Virus record (IMG/VR): IMGVR_UViG_3300033559_000345
Coordinates: 1-62,962 of that record
Reading direction: 5' to 3' (one strand)
Source: a virus
Taxonomy: Duplodnaviria; Caudoviricetes
DNA: 62,962 bases
Shown: piece after piece, positions 17,658-26,617 of the stretch
Layout of the letters: every line of letters begins with the position of its first letter
Position numbering within the stretch: position 1 is the stretch's first letter
Made by a program: the position numbers and the translations under genes
The notes under the pieces: generated by a model
Database searches by the model: none
What the model saw: only the letters and a program-made list of their open reading frames with translations
What the model was told of the DNA's origin: nothing

Positions 17658-20600
17658 ATGACTTCAAAGAATACAACTATACCACCAGAGCATTACCGTG
17701 TAGCATATGAACACTACAACAGGGCAATGGCTGGTAGATATCATGAAATTTATAAGGGAGTAGGGCTTATACAACCATCACGAAATGGTAACTTCAGATG
17801 CTTTAACGAGAAATATCATTCCGGGGGTGTGGATAAAAACCCATCAATGACAATTAATAATGAGAATGGTTTGTATTTCTGTCACGCATGTGGAGTTCGT
17901 GGTAATCTCAGAAAGTTCATTATTGAGGAAACTGGTCAGCAGCCAAAGATATATAAAAATATTTGCGAACACTACACCGGTGTAAGCATGATGGATGTTC
18001 TAAGCTCTTATTTCCCTGAATATTATGTCGGGTCAAAATCAGTTGATGGGTCTATTAAGGCTGTACAGAAGCTTTTTGATGATAAAATGTTGAGATCAAA
18101 AACAGAAAAGTCAAAGGGGTTTAAAAATAACGAAGCCGAAGCCGAAAGCGATCTTGATATAGATGATAGCCCGATCGAAGGTGGACTGCAGATGATTGGT
18201 GAATTTACCGCCAATCTTATGGCTGATCAATTCTGTCTCGACTATCTTGAGAAGGAGAGGGGTATCACCCAGGATATTATTAAGAGAATGAATATAGGGT
18301 TTGATAAAAATAGTGGATCCTTTGTCTTGCCACTGTTTAATAAAAAGCACGAGCTTGTTAATATCAAATTGTACAACCCATTTGGCCCGTCATCTCAAAA
18401 GTGGACTTATCCACTTCCAGGAAGGGCAACAAATATCCCATTTCCATATGATAGCTGTATGAATCAGATTATCTATCTTTGCGAAGGTGAGCCTGATACA
18501 CTTGCGGCGCAATCTATTGGATTAAACGCTGCTACATTTGGCGCAGCTTCACGATTTAATATATCGGAAATGTTTAACGCTGAAGATCGCGCGATGATCT
18601 TTGCGGATAAAGTTTTCTATATTATGTTTGACGCTGATGAAGCTGGGATGGCTGGTGCCCATAAGATAGCCGCTCAGATACACTCTTACGCAAAAGAGGT
18701 AAAGATTATCGATCTGCGGAAGAGTGACATTAACAAGAAAGGTCTTGATGAGACTTTAACCTATACCGATGCTGTCACTGGTAAGGTTAAGAGATCAGAA
18801 AAAGATTTCACAGATCTTCTGAAAAAGAACAACGCACTTGCAAAGGATGAATTTGCCTCATATATAAAGCAAATTGTCTACCAAACCCCGGTTTATGACC
18901 CGAATCCTGCGCGTAGTGACTCTGAAGTTCGTAAAAGCACACTTTCCTCAGCTGGTCATCAAAGCAATATTTCTCATGATGGTAAGATTGAACTTCAGAT
19001 AGACGCAACTGTAGGAAGACAGTCTGATGTTGCCTATGCTGTGCCGCGGGTTATCAGGTGCTCGTGCCCTGTAATGGAGGATAAGGAATTAGCAACATCT
19101 CTTTGCAAGGGGTGTCAGTTCTCTAATCGGGACGACTTTGGAAACGACGATCATCTTGATATGGAGATTATAAGCAGGAATTGCGATCCGGTGACAGATA
19201 AAAGTAAGAAGATCCTTCCTAAAGACCTTTTGTCCTTCATAAGAATTAAAGATAGCAATAAGAAGACTGCATTCAAAAGTTTATTCAATATACCGGCAAA
19301 ATGCAGTTTTATACGGTTTCTTGAAAAAGATAGTACAAAGGTTAATGTTGTGTATCTTACCCAGTCTGTGAGTGAACGCGGAGAATCAATGGAGATGCTA
19401 ACCTCTGATGTCGAAAGTGTAAACCATACCAATGTGGCATACGTTCTTGGAAACACACCAATGAAGCCGAGCCAGGAATACACTATGAGGGCAGTATCAA
19501 CATCTTCCCCGGAGGATCAAACTCAGTGCTTTGTGGTATATGATATCCAACCTAAAGATAGTCACATAGATTCATTCGTATTAAACGATGAGGCAATCGA
19601 GGCTCTAAAAGTGTTTCAACCAGAGACCCTTGGAGAAACATTGCGTGAACATCTTGAAAGGCGCTACACCATATATACTGAAGCTGCTGGGTTATACAGC
19701 AGAGAAGAACTTATGATGGCGTGTGATCTGGCTTACTCCTCGGCTTTACACATAAAGCTTCCCGGGGTAACGCCTGATAAAATTACACGCGGGTGGGTTG
19801 AACTTGCTATTATTGGTCAGTCAAGATCTGGTAAAACTGTCGCCATAAAGTCTATGCAGGACTGGTATGGATTCGGTGAGATAGTTGAATCAGCCGGCCA
19901 TGCGAGTGATGCTGGTCTTATAGGTGGTGTATCATCAGTTGGCGGTGTCTCATCAGTAGCATGGGGTGTATTCCCCATAAATGATGGTGGCATGGTGATT
20001 CTTGATGAGATATCGCACCTATCTACAGAAACCCTGAAGAACTTAAATACATTAAGATCAGAGGGTAAGGCTCATTTGGTAAAAATAGCGTCAGGGAAGA
20101 CAAGGGCTAGATGTAGAAAAGTGATGTTATCAAACCCCCGGGGTGGAGGCGAGCATGCTCAGTCACTCATAGGCATGGACTTGCTGCTAAATGTATTCGG
20201 TAGTGAGTCGGTTATCGCCAGATTTGATCTTGCTCAGATTGTCAGAAATGAGGATGTTAAGAAGGGTGAATGGGGTAAGGTGTACAAAGGTTGGCGTGAT
20301 GGCTTTTCGAAATACAACCTTAGGCTCTTGATTGCATATCAGAGGTGGCTTGATACCAGGAATGACAACGCTGTTTATGAAGATGGCATAGTTGAATTTA
20401 TTCATGAGGAGGCAATGCGCCTTAATGACATCTTTGATAGTGAAACAGGCCTTGTCAATGCTGAGATGGCAGTGAAGCTGACACGGCTTGCTGTTGCTCA
20501 AGCCAGGAGTGTTGTCAGCATAAAAGATGGAGATTACTCCAGGATATATGTGAAAAAAGAGCATGTTGCGTATATGTCAGAATTGCTCGAGAGAACATAT

Positions 20601-21014
20601 AAGGGCCCGCACTTTAAGCTTGATACTTATACCAAGGTTATCAGGTCAAAGCGTGTTCTTGGTGATATGCGGTTTATGGATAATATTCTACAATACATTC
20701 CTGCGGAAATGCTGTACTCAGTACCGCATTTTACAGAGCAGATTGTAGCTAATGTATTTGACAGGTTCATACACCGAGTGGCTGAGAATAAGTGTGTTAT
20801 CCCAATAGGGGATTATGATGATGGTCCATCAGTAAGAGGGGAGCACCCCAAGGTTGTTGCTGGAAGGCTCATGGGCCTCCTGCTTCAAAGGAAATGCCTG
20901 GTAGTCAATGATAAGGGCAGATATGAAAAGACACCCATGTTTAAGGCATGGTTGTCAGAAAGGGTTGAGGACAAGAATGGTCAGAGGTCAAACATACTTG
21001 AAGTCGATCGGTGA
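17658..21014 (+). CDS. Primase-helicase: DnaG-type Zn finger and TOPRIM fused to an MCM-like AAA+ domain
   Basis: Zn finger C...H...DKNPSM...FCHACG; TOPRIM LCEGEPD and MFDADEAG; Walker A GQSRSGKT; MCM-like GLIGG...WGVFPINDGGMVILDEI; Arg finger ARFD. Confidence 0.85.
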   Translation: MTSKNTTIPPEHYRVAYEHYNRAMAGRYHEIYKGVGLIQPSRNGNFRCFNEKYHSGGVDKNPSMTINNENGLYFCHACGVRGNLRKFIIEETGQQPKIYKNICEHYTGVSMMDVLSSYFPEYYVGSKSVDGSIKAVQKLFDDKMLRSKTEKSKGFKNNEAEAESDLDIDDSPIEGGLQMIGEFTANLMADQFCLDYLEKERGITQDIIKRMNIGFDKNSGSFVLPLFNKKHELVNIKLYNPFGPSSQKWTYPLPGRATNIPFPYDSCMNQIIYLCEGEPDTLAAQSIGLNAATFGAASRFNISEMFNAEDRAMIFADKVFYIMFDADEAGMAGAHKIAAQIHSYAKEVKIIDLRKSDINKKGLDETLTYTDAVTGKVKRSEKDFTDLLKKNNALAKDEFASYIKQIVYQTPVYDPNPARSDSEVRKSTLSSAGHQSNISHDGKIELQIDATVGRQSDVAYAVPRVIRCSCPVMEDKELATSLCKGCQFSNRDDFGNDDHLDMEIISRNCDPVTDKSKKILPKDLLSFIRIKDSNKKTAFKSLFNIPAKCSFIRFLEKDSTKVNVVYLTQSVSERGESMEMLTSDVESVNHTNVAYVLGNTPMKPSQEYTMRAVSTSSPEDQTQCFVVYDIQPKDSHIDSFVLNDEAIEALKVFQPETLGETLREHLERRYTIYTEAAGLYSREELMMACDLAYSSALHIKLPGVTPDKITRGWVELAIIGQSRSGKTVAIKSMQDWYGFGEIVESAGHASDAGLIGGVSSVGGVSSVAWGVFPINDGGMVILDEISHLSTETLKNLNTLRSEGKAHLVKIASGKTRARCRKVMLSNPRGGGEHAQSLIGMDLLLNVFGSESVIARFDLAQIVRNEDVKKGEWGKVYKGWRDGFSKYNLRLLIAYQRWLDTRNDNAVYEDGIVEFIHEEAMRLNDIFDSETGLVNAEMAVKLTRLAVAQARSVVSIKDGDYSRIYVKKEHVAYMSELLERTYKGPHFKLDTYTKVIRSKRVLGDMRFMDNILQYIPAEMLYSVPHFTEQIVANVFDRFIHRVAENKCVIPIGDYDDGPSVRGEHPKVVAGRLMGLLLQRKCLVVNDKGRYEKTPMFKAWLSERVEDKNGQRSNILEVDR

Positions 21015-21015
21015 C

Positions 21016-21663
21016 ATGAATGATGTCCTTAGGATTATACCAAAGGCATATCTATTCGAGCGAGCTATCGAGATGATGGGTGGCAACAATCGTGATTGGT
21101 GCATCCATCGCAAAGGTAGCCCTGACAAATCGCTTTATGACATTAACTTGAAGCAGTGGGAGATTTCAGCTATAAACAGCATGATCCAAACCCTTCTGAA
21201 GATAGGTTATGTTAAGGGTGATCGCTTAAGTCCAACTGATCAGATCCATGATGCATCAGAAGCTGCTATGCGTCTTGAGCGAACCTACGCTGATCTAATC
21301 AAGCGGAAGTTTAAAAGCAACCCATTGCTCGCATCGTATATAAAGTGTCATCTTGTCAATGATAATGATGAGACTGATAGATTCACCACGTCTATGACGG
21401 ATATTTTGGAGGAGTACCCTACCAAGTATTCGGCTGATGTGGTAAAGAATGATATTGGCGATGGGTTATTAAATCTTATTATAGAAGTATTCGATGGAAA
21501 ACTTGATCTCAGAATGTTTTCTGATGACATAGTGATTAAGCTTGGGTTTAAAAATCCACTCCCCATCTGGGTTGAGCCGTATGGAGACTTTATTAATAAT
21601 AAGGTTGTCAGTCAAGAAGAAATTGAGGATATGTTCCTCAAATGTCATGTTATTTACCTGTGA
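21016..21663 (+). CDS. Hypothetical protein
   Basis: ORF starting 2 nt after the primase-helicase stop (ATG 21016). Confidence 0.6.
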   Translation: MNDVLRIIPKAYLFERAIEMMGGNNRDWCIHRKGSPDKSLYDINLKQWEISAINSMIQTLLKIGYVKGDRLSPTDQIHDASEAAMRLERTYADLIKRKFKSNPLLASYIKCHLVNDNDETDRFTTSMTDILEEYPTKYSADVVKNDIGDGLLNLIIEVFDGKLDLRMFSDDIVIKLGFKNPLPIWVEPYGDFINNKVVSQEEIEDMFLKCHVIYL

Positions 21664-21683
21664 AAAGGGAAATAATAATAATG
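21648..21683 (+). promoter_or_regulatory. Putative phage promoter TGTTAT-N17-AATAAT (copy 3)
   Basis: TGTTAT 21648-21653 and AATAAT 21671-21676, upstream of the SSB-like gene. Confidence 0.65.
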
Positions 21684-21724
21684 TGTAATAGTACCTTTTA
21701 ACACCTAACTAATAGGAGTAGTGT

Positions 21725-22459
21725 ATGAACAGTGCCTTTAAAAACTCTGTGAAGCAGAGCAAAGAAATTCTGGACAATGCGGATGAACACGCTGGTGGGT
21801 CGGCTGGCGGTGAAAAGATTGACTTTGCCGGAATTTACCGTGTAAAACCCTCAACTGTTGCTTTCAAGAAGAAAGATGGCAGCGAATTTGTATCACCCCG
21901 ATTCGAAAAGGACGATAAAGGGAGATGGAAGTACTCAATGTCATTCGTGCTGACACAGGATGTTGGAGCTGTACCTGCCGGATCGTATTTTTATCACTCA
22001 TTTACATTTGCCCAGGATGAAAGTGCTGATCCGGATAAAAAACAGAATACAGCAAATCTTGCCAAGAAGTACATTCGTGAACTTGTTGGCCAAGGTGTTG
22101 AAATTGAAATGTCAAACCCTGAATGGCTCGAGAAAACCCTTGCTACAGTTTCCGAAGAGGGCAGTGATGGTAAACTTAAAGTGGTGCGAGCTGCGGATAT
22201 CTCCAACAACGAATATCGCGTTCGTTATGAAGATGATGGCAAGGGTTATGGTATGAAATGTACTGTTGAGCTGTGGGATGAAAGCAAGCATGCTGGGACA
22301 CTCAAGCTGATAGATCCGCCGGCAGACTTGACAGATGATTCCGGACTTGGTGTTGGAATAACAGCTGATACCAGTGCTACTGGTACTACTGATACCACTG
22401 AGCCTGTAACATCAAAAACCCTTAATCCCGACAACTACGATGACGATCTTCCGTTTTAA
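21725..22459 (+). CDS. Putative single-stranded DNA-binding protein
   Basis: Beta-rich core, flexible Thr/Asp linker and acidic C-terminal tip YDDDLPF typical of SSBs; replication context. Confidence 0.65.
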   Translation: MNSAFKNSVKQSKEILDNADEHAGGSAGGEKIDFAGIYRVKPSTVAFKKKDGSEFVSPRFEKDDKGRWKYSMSFVLTQDVGAVPAGSYFYHSFTFAQDESADPDKKQNTANLAKKYIRELVGQGVEIEMSNPEWLEKTLATVSEEGSDGKLKVVRAADISNNEYRVRYEDDGKGYGMKCTVELWDESKHAGTLKLIDPPADLTDDSGLGVGITADTSATGTTDTTEPVTSKTLNPDNYDDDLPF

Positions 22460-22478
22460 TAGTTGTAAGGCGCGCTAA

Positions 22479-22507
22479 CAGCAGGAGGGTGATGATGCCC
22501 TCCTGCT
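22479..22507 (+). terminator. Stem-loop after the SSB-like gene
   Basis: AGCAGGAGGGT-gatg-ATGCCCTCCTGCT region; only a weak U-tract follows. Confidence 0.45.
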
Positions 22508-22536
22508 ATATCAAGTTTTAACAGTAGGAGTGATGT

Positions 22537-23565
22537 ATGATTAACGGTTTAACAGCACAGGGTGGAGTTATAGTCCTGTCAGAGAAACCAGAATTTAAAG
22601 GGAAGATATCAACAGGTTTTGCGCCGGGTGAAGGTGGCAACAACACAAACTTCCCTAAAGCTGCGGGGTTTTTCAGAATACTGAAAAAAACCGTAAGAAA
22701 AGAGCGCCTTAAAAACTCGCAGAAAGTTATTGACAAAACTGTCTGGGTGGAAAACACTGAGGTTCAAGAGGCTATTGATCTGAAGAAAGACAAAGAGCCA
22801 AGACTCATAAAATGCGTATCATTTGTAGCTGAACCTGATCAGATGTGGTCAAGCAGGCTTATCATGTTTAACGCCAGAAATGAGATGGTGTGCTCTTCGT
22901 GCGGAGAGGGTTGTGTAGCTGATTTCTACCAGCAGCAGGGCGACTCACGCGTCCGAATTGATCGTGAGTGTTTATATCAGAATTGCCCGGACTACCAGTC
23001 TGGATCATGCAAAGAAAATGGTATGTTGATTGTATGGCCTGAAGCCGACATGGACCCGCTTACTCCATACAAATTTACAACAACATCAAAAAATACAATT
23101 GTTGCAATTGAAACAATGCTGCATAAACTTTATCAGCAGATGAAAATTGCACATATTGTTTCAATGCATAAAAATCCAGATACGCCTCAGATATTCATGG
23201 GCTTGAATGGCCTTGAGTTTTTCCTGAAGCATGAGCAAATCAACTCTGGAGGACGGACTGTATGGGTTACCAAGCTTATACCGTCAAAGACCACTCAGAT
23301 GATGATACGGGATGCAAATCAGGCGATAATATCTGACGGTGGGCAGCGGATGTTATCACAGGTAATGGCTCAATCAAAGCATCTTGTCTACGATGCTGAG
23401 TTCAGTGCTGTGCCTATGATTGATATGAATATGGAAATGTCAAGTGTAGACGATCTTGGGGTTACTATCCCAACAAGTGACACAGACATTGAAGAAGATG
23501 TAGTCATGGATGAGCCTACCCAGAAAAGGGTGGCACCTGATGCATCGGCCATTCTTGATGAGTAA
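22537..23565 (+). CDS. Gp3-like / recombination-directionality-factor-like protein
   Basis: KISTG...FPKAAGFF, Cys cluster (CSSC, CLYQNC, CKENG) and YKFTTTSKN resemble the phage gp3-like family; acidic tail. Confidence 0.55.
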   Translation: MINGLTAQGGVIVLSEKPEFKGKISTGFAPGEGGNNTNFPKAAGFFRILKKTVRKERLKNSQKVIDKTVWVENTEVQEAIDLKKDKEPRLIKCVSFVAEPDQMWSSRLIMFNARNEMVCSSCGEGCVADFYQQQGDSRVRIDRECLYQNCPDYQSGSCKENGMLIVWPEADMDPLTPYKFTTTSKNTIVAIETMLHKLYQQMKIAHIVSMHKNPDTPQIFMGLNGLEFFLKHEQINSGGRTVWVTKLIPSKTTQMMIRDANQAIISDGGQRMLSQVMAQSKHLVYDAEFSAVPMIDMNMEMSSVDDLGVTIPTSDTDIEEDVVMDEPTQKRVAPDASAILDE

Positions 23566-23618
23566 GAGTAATTGATTTGGTGGGTCGCAAGGCCCACCTT
23601 TTAACTGAAAGGGTTGAT

Positions 23619-24080
23619 ATGGAAAAGTTTGTATTATTCATAAGTATTACCTCCCCACTGTTATTGATTCTAGTTATTATTAAAGCCCACCTTAATAATC
23701 TTAAAATGCAGTCTCTGCTTTCTATTGTGGCAACTAAGTCACAGGCTATCAAATATTGGAGATCACGCGCTGAGAGCGTGGAAGAGGCTGTGGCAAAGCA
23801 ATATGCAGTAAAGATCAGGAAGACAATTAATAAGTACAACGCTCATTTTTCTGAATTTGAGCTTGACATGATTAAAATGGCTGTGCTTGATTCAATAAGT
23901 AAACTTGACCACCAGGCGCAAAGTAATAAGGTGGTTATTGCCTCGTCATTAATTAAAATATGGCATAAGGCTGAAAGGTATAATCAAGCACTTAAAAACA
24001 CTGCTAAACCAAGTTCTGTTATTGAAGTGGAAGAGTTTGACATTGACGGCTTACTGGTTGAAACTAAACCAATTGCATAG
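23619..24080 (+). CDS. Hypothetical membrane-anchored protein
   Basis: GAAAGGG RBS before ATG 23619; N-terminal hydrophobic helix. Confidence 0.6.
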   Translation: MEKFVLFISITSPLLLILVIIKAHLNNLKMQSLLSIVATKSQAIKYWRSRAESVEEAVAKQYAVKIRKTINKYNAHFSEFELDMIKMAVLDSISKLDHQAQSNKVVIASSLIKIWHKAERYNQALKNTAKPSSVIEVEEFDIDGLLVETKPIA

Positions 24081-24089
24081 GCGGTATTT

Positions 24090-26120
24090 ATGAGTCAAGA
24101 ATTTAAGTATGTATGTGCTGACGTTGAGACGACAGGTCTTAATTCATGGCCTAAAGGCACTGATGAGGTTATTGAGATAGCCGCTACAGAGTTTAACCTG
24201 GACGGCCGGAGGGGTAGAACTTTGCATTTTATGTGCGAACCAAAAATGGGGTACATCCCATTCGAGGTGTCTGAAATTAATGGTATTTTCTGGGAAGATG
24301 TTGTTGGCCATCCTAATTATTTAGAGGGCGGAGTTAGAGAGCAAATCGCTGAGTTTATTGGTAACAGAATCCTTGTTGGACACAATATTGATGAGTTTGA
24401 CATTGGGTTCATTATGATACAACCAGCAGTCACATTTGACACCTTGAAGTTATCAAGGGCATATTTCTCCGGGAAGCATAATCTACGTGTTATGTGTAGC
24501 AAGATGAAGATAGAGTGGGACCAGGAGAAAGCTCATAGGGCTACATATGATGTTGATAGAAACATTGAATTATTCATTAAATTACAAAAATTAGTTGTAC
24601 CTAATAGAGAAAGCTTGGATCTATTTATGAAAGAAGTAAAAGCAGTAAGTGGCATAACACCACTCCAGGAAGATGTTGACCGTATAAATAGCATGGTCTA
24701 TTCATACTCCCGTGTAAATTCATTTCAACAATGTAAATTAAAATGGTATTATAATTACCTCAGGAAGATTGGTGAGACTAAGCAAACTTACTTTGTTGTC
24801 GGGTCGACATGCCACCTGATCGCAGAGCTTTGCGGAAAATGGTGCCACAAAAAGAAGTGGGTTGACTGCTATACAAATTATAGCCAGATTAAAAAGTTGA
24901 AGGAAAACCCTGAGGCTGTAGCGATAGAGCTTTATGACAATAAGAAAAGTGTGGCCTCCAAAACTGGGTTCAGTAGTTTTTCAGAGCTGTATTATGAAGT
25001 TATCAACACGCTGTCTGAGCACAATGTTACAGTCGAAGGTCCGAGAATGCCGGATATTGCAACATTCAATAATTTCGTAACAACTGCTATTGCCAGAGAG
25101 GGTTGTAATAATCCTGATATGGTAAATGAAGTTAACTTTATTATGGGTAACTTTTATAAGACCCATGATTTCACAAGCCTTGTGGGTGAGGTATCTGCAT
25201 TCGAGCGTAAGATGGCCGTTGACAGGGCTGGTAATCCAGTTGATTTTGACAGTAAAAACGCATTCTGGAGAGGTATAGCCGACATGATTGATATCTATGA
25301 AGATAGCATTGTCATCACAGACTATAAGAGCTCGAGAACAATGCTGAGTCAGGAAGATATGGCTAATGATATGCAGACCAAGACATATCTTTATTTGCTC
25401 GCCAAGATATCCAAGATTGAAAATGATGATGGAACACTGAGATATAATCGAATTGTTTTCAGAATAGACTATCTTAGATTCAACCAGGTTGTTGAACACG
25501 CTGTTGAGGGTGTTGATAATATTAAAGCCCTCCTTGTTGAAGTTGAAACATGGATTAAGGAGTCCGCTGCGGCTATTGAATCTGAAGTGGGTAAAACCGC
25601 AAACGCTTTTATACCTGAGCGAAATGAATACTGCTCTGGATGTAATATTGCAGAATTTGGATACTGCAATCTATTCAACAACATGGCTGAAGGCATTGAT
25701 GACCTTGGAGAGTTTATCATTGGTGATGCTGAAGATTGTAAACGAGCATGGAAGCAAATCGAAAAGAATCAGAACGAAATAAAGAGACTTCAGTCTGAGG
25801 CTAAGAACTATGTCAAACTTTCGGATGAGCCCATTCTGATAGATGACAAAGCCAGGTTAAGCTTCTATACTACAGAAACGGCATCTGTCGATTTAGACAA
25901 GTTGATAAAGTTTCTTGACGATAATGATATAAGAAACAGCCTAGATCTGATCAAAAAGTATGGGAGTATGTCCAAAACTAATTTTGAGAAGTTGGCTAAA
26001 AGGATTGGTGTTGAAGTAAGCGATGAGGTTATGGAAAAGGTTGGTGTATTCAGCAGGCGTACTGAATTCAAGGCCTTGACAGAATCTGAAATCGAGAGCG
26101 GTAAATATCTTAATGTATAG
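24090..26120 (+). CDS. DEDDh (DnaQ-like) 3'-5' exonuclease fused to a RecB/AddB-type PD-(D/E)XK nuclease
   Basis: DVETTG, GHNIDEFD and AHRATYD (DEDDh); SYSRVNSFQQC, GIADMI, DYKS, QTKTY and CSGC...C (PD-(D/E)XK with Fe-S-type Cys). Confidence 0.85.
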   Translation: MSQEFKYVCADVETTGLNSWPKGTDEVIEIAATEFNLDGRRGRTLHFMCEPKMGYIPFEVSEINGIFWEDVVGHPNYLEGGVREQIAEFIGNRILVGHNIDEFDIGFIMIQPAVTFDTLKLSRAYFSGKHNLRVMCSKMKIEWDQEKAHRATYDVDRNIELFIKLQKLVVPNRESLDLFMKEVKAVSGITPLQEDVDRINSMVYSYSRVNSFQQCKLKWYYNYLRKIGETKQTYFVVGSTCHLIAELCGKWCHKKKWVDCYTNYSQIKKLKENPEAVAIELYDNKKSVASKTGFSSFSELYYEVINTLSEHNVTVEGPRMPDIATFNNFVTTAIAREGCNNPDMVNEVNFIMGNFYKTHDFTSLVGEVSAFERKMAVDRAGNPVDFDSKNAFWRGIADMIDIYEDSIVITDYKSSRTMLSQEDMANDMQTKTYLYLLAKISKIENDDGTLRYNRIVFRIDYLRFNQVVEHAVEGVDNIKALLVEVETWIKESAAAIESEVGKTANAFIPERNEYCSGCNIAEFGYCNLFNNMAEGIDDLGEFIIGDAEDCKRAWKQIEKNQNEIKRLQSEAKNYVKLSDEPILIDDKARLSFYTTETASVDLDKLIKFLDDNDIRNSLDLIKKYGSMSKTNFEKLAKRIGVEVSDEVMEKVGVFSRRTEFKALTESEIESGKYLNV

Positions 26121-26130
26121 GGAGTCTGAT

Positions 26131-26616
26131 ATGTCAGATGCATCTGATGCCATTGGAAGCATGGCAATAGAGTACGCTCGATTGATATCAGAGATTAATG
26201 ATACTGAACACAGTCTCGCCTTGAAAAAGCGGGACTGTGATGCGCTGAATCATTCAATTTCTTCATTTGAGTATGAACACGTAGATGCTGTTGTCCTTGA
26301 AATGACAGATCACGGGTTTTCCCAGGCGATGAACAGGTTTGAACGGGCTATAATGATGCGTCCATCAGCATATGATGATGTGTATAATGAACCCGTTCAC
26401 TCATCAATACTGTCCCCATCTGGGTTTAAGTCGTATATTATAACTATACTTGCAAGCTCGTTTCAGAATGGTAATTTTCAACCAGAAAATAAATCCGAAG
26501 GACTTCAGTATCGCTATAATATTAATATCAATCGATGGAAGGATTGTGGTCCACTTGAATTTGTGGCGATTGTGAAAAAGAATAAACTAATAACAGGCTT
26601 CTTCAATTGGAATTGA
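26131..26616 (+). CDS. Hypothetical protein
   Basis: ORF between the nuclease and SNF2 genes; AGGGAG RBS before ATG 26131. Confidence 0.6.
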   Translation: MSDASDAIGSMAIEYARLISEINDTEHSLALKKRDCDALNHSISSFEYEHVDAVVLEMTDHGFSQAMNRFERAIMMRPSAYDDVYNEPVHSSILSPSGFKSYIITILASSFQNGNFQPENKSEGLQYRYNININRWKDCGPLEFVAIVKKNKLITGFFNWN

Positions 26617-26617
26617 T

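Noticed and set aside
24690-25680. Cas4-like nuclease suggesting a CRISPR-Cas locus
   Set aside because: No repeats or other cas genes seen; RecB-type nucleases are common in phage recombination modules.
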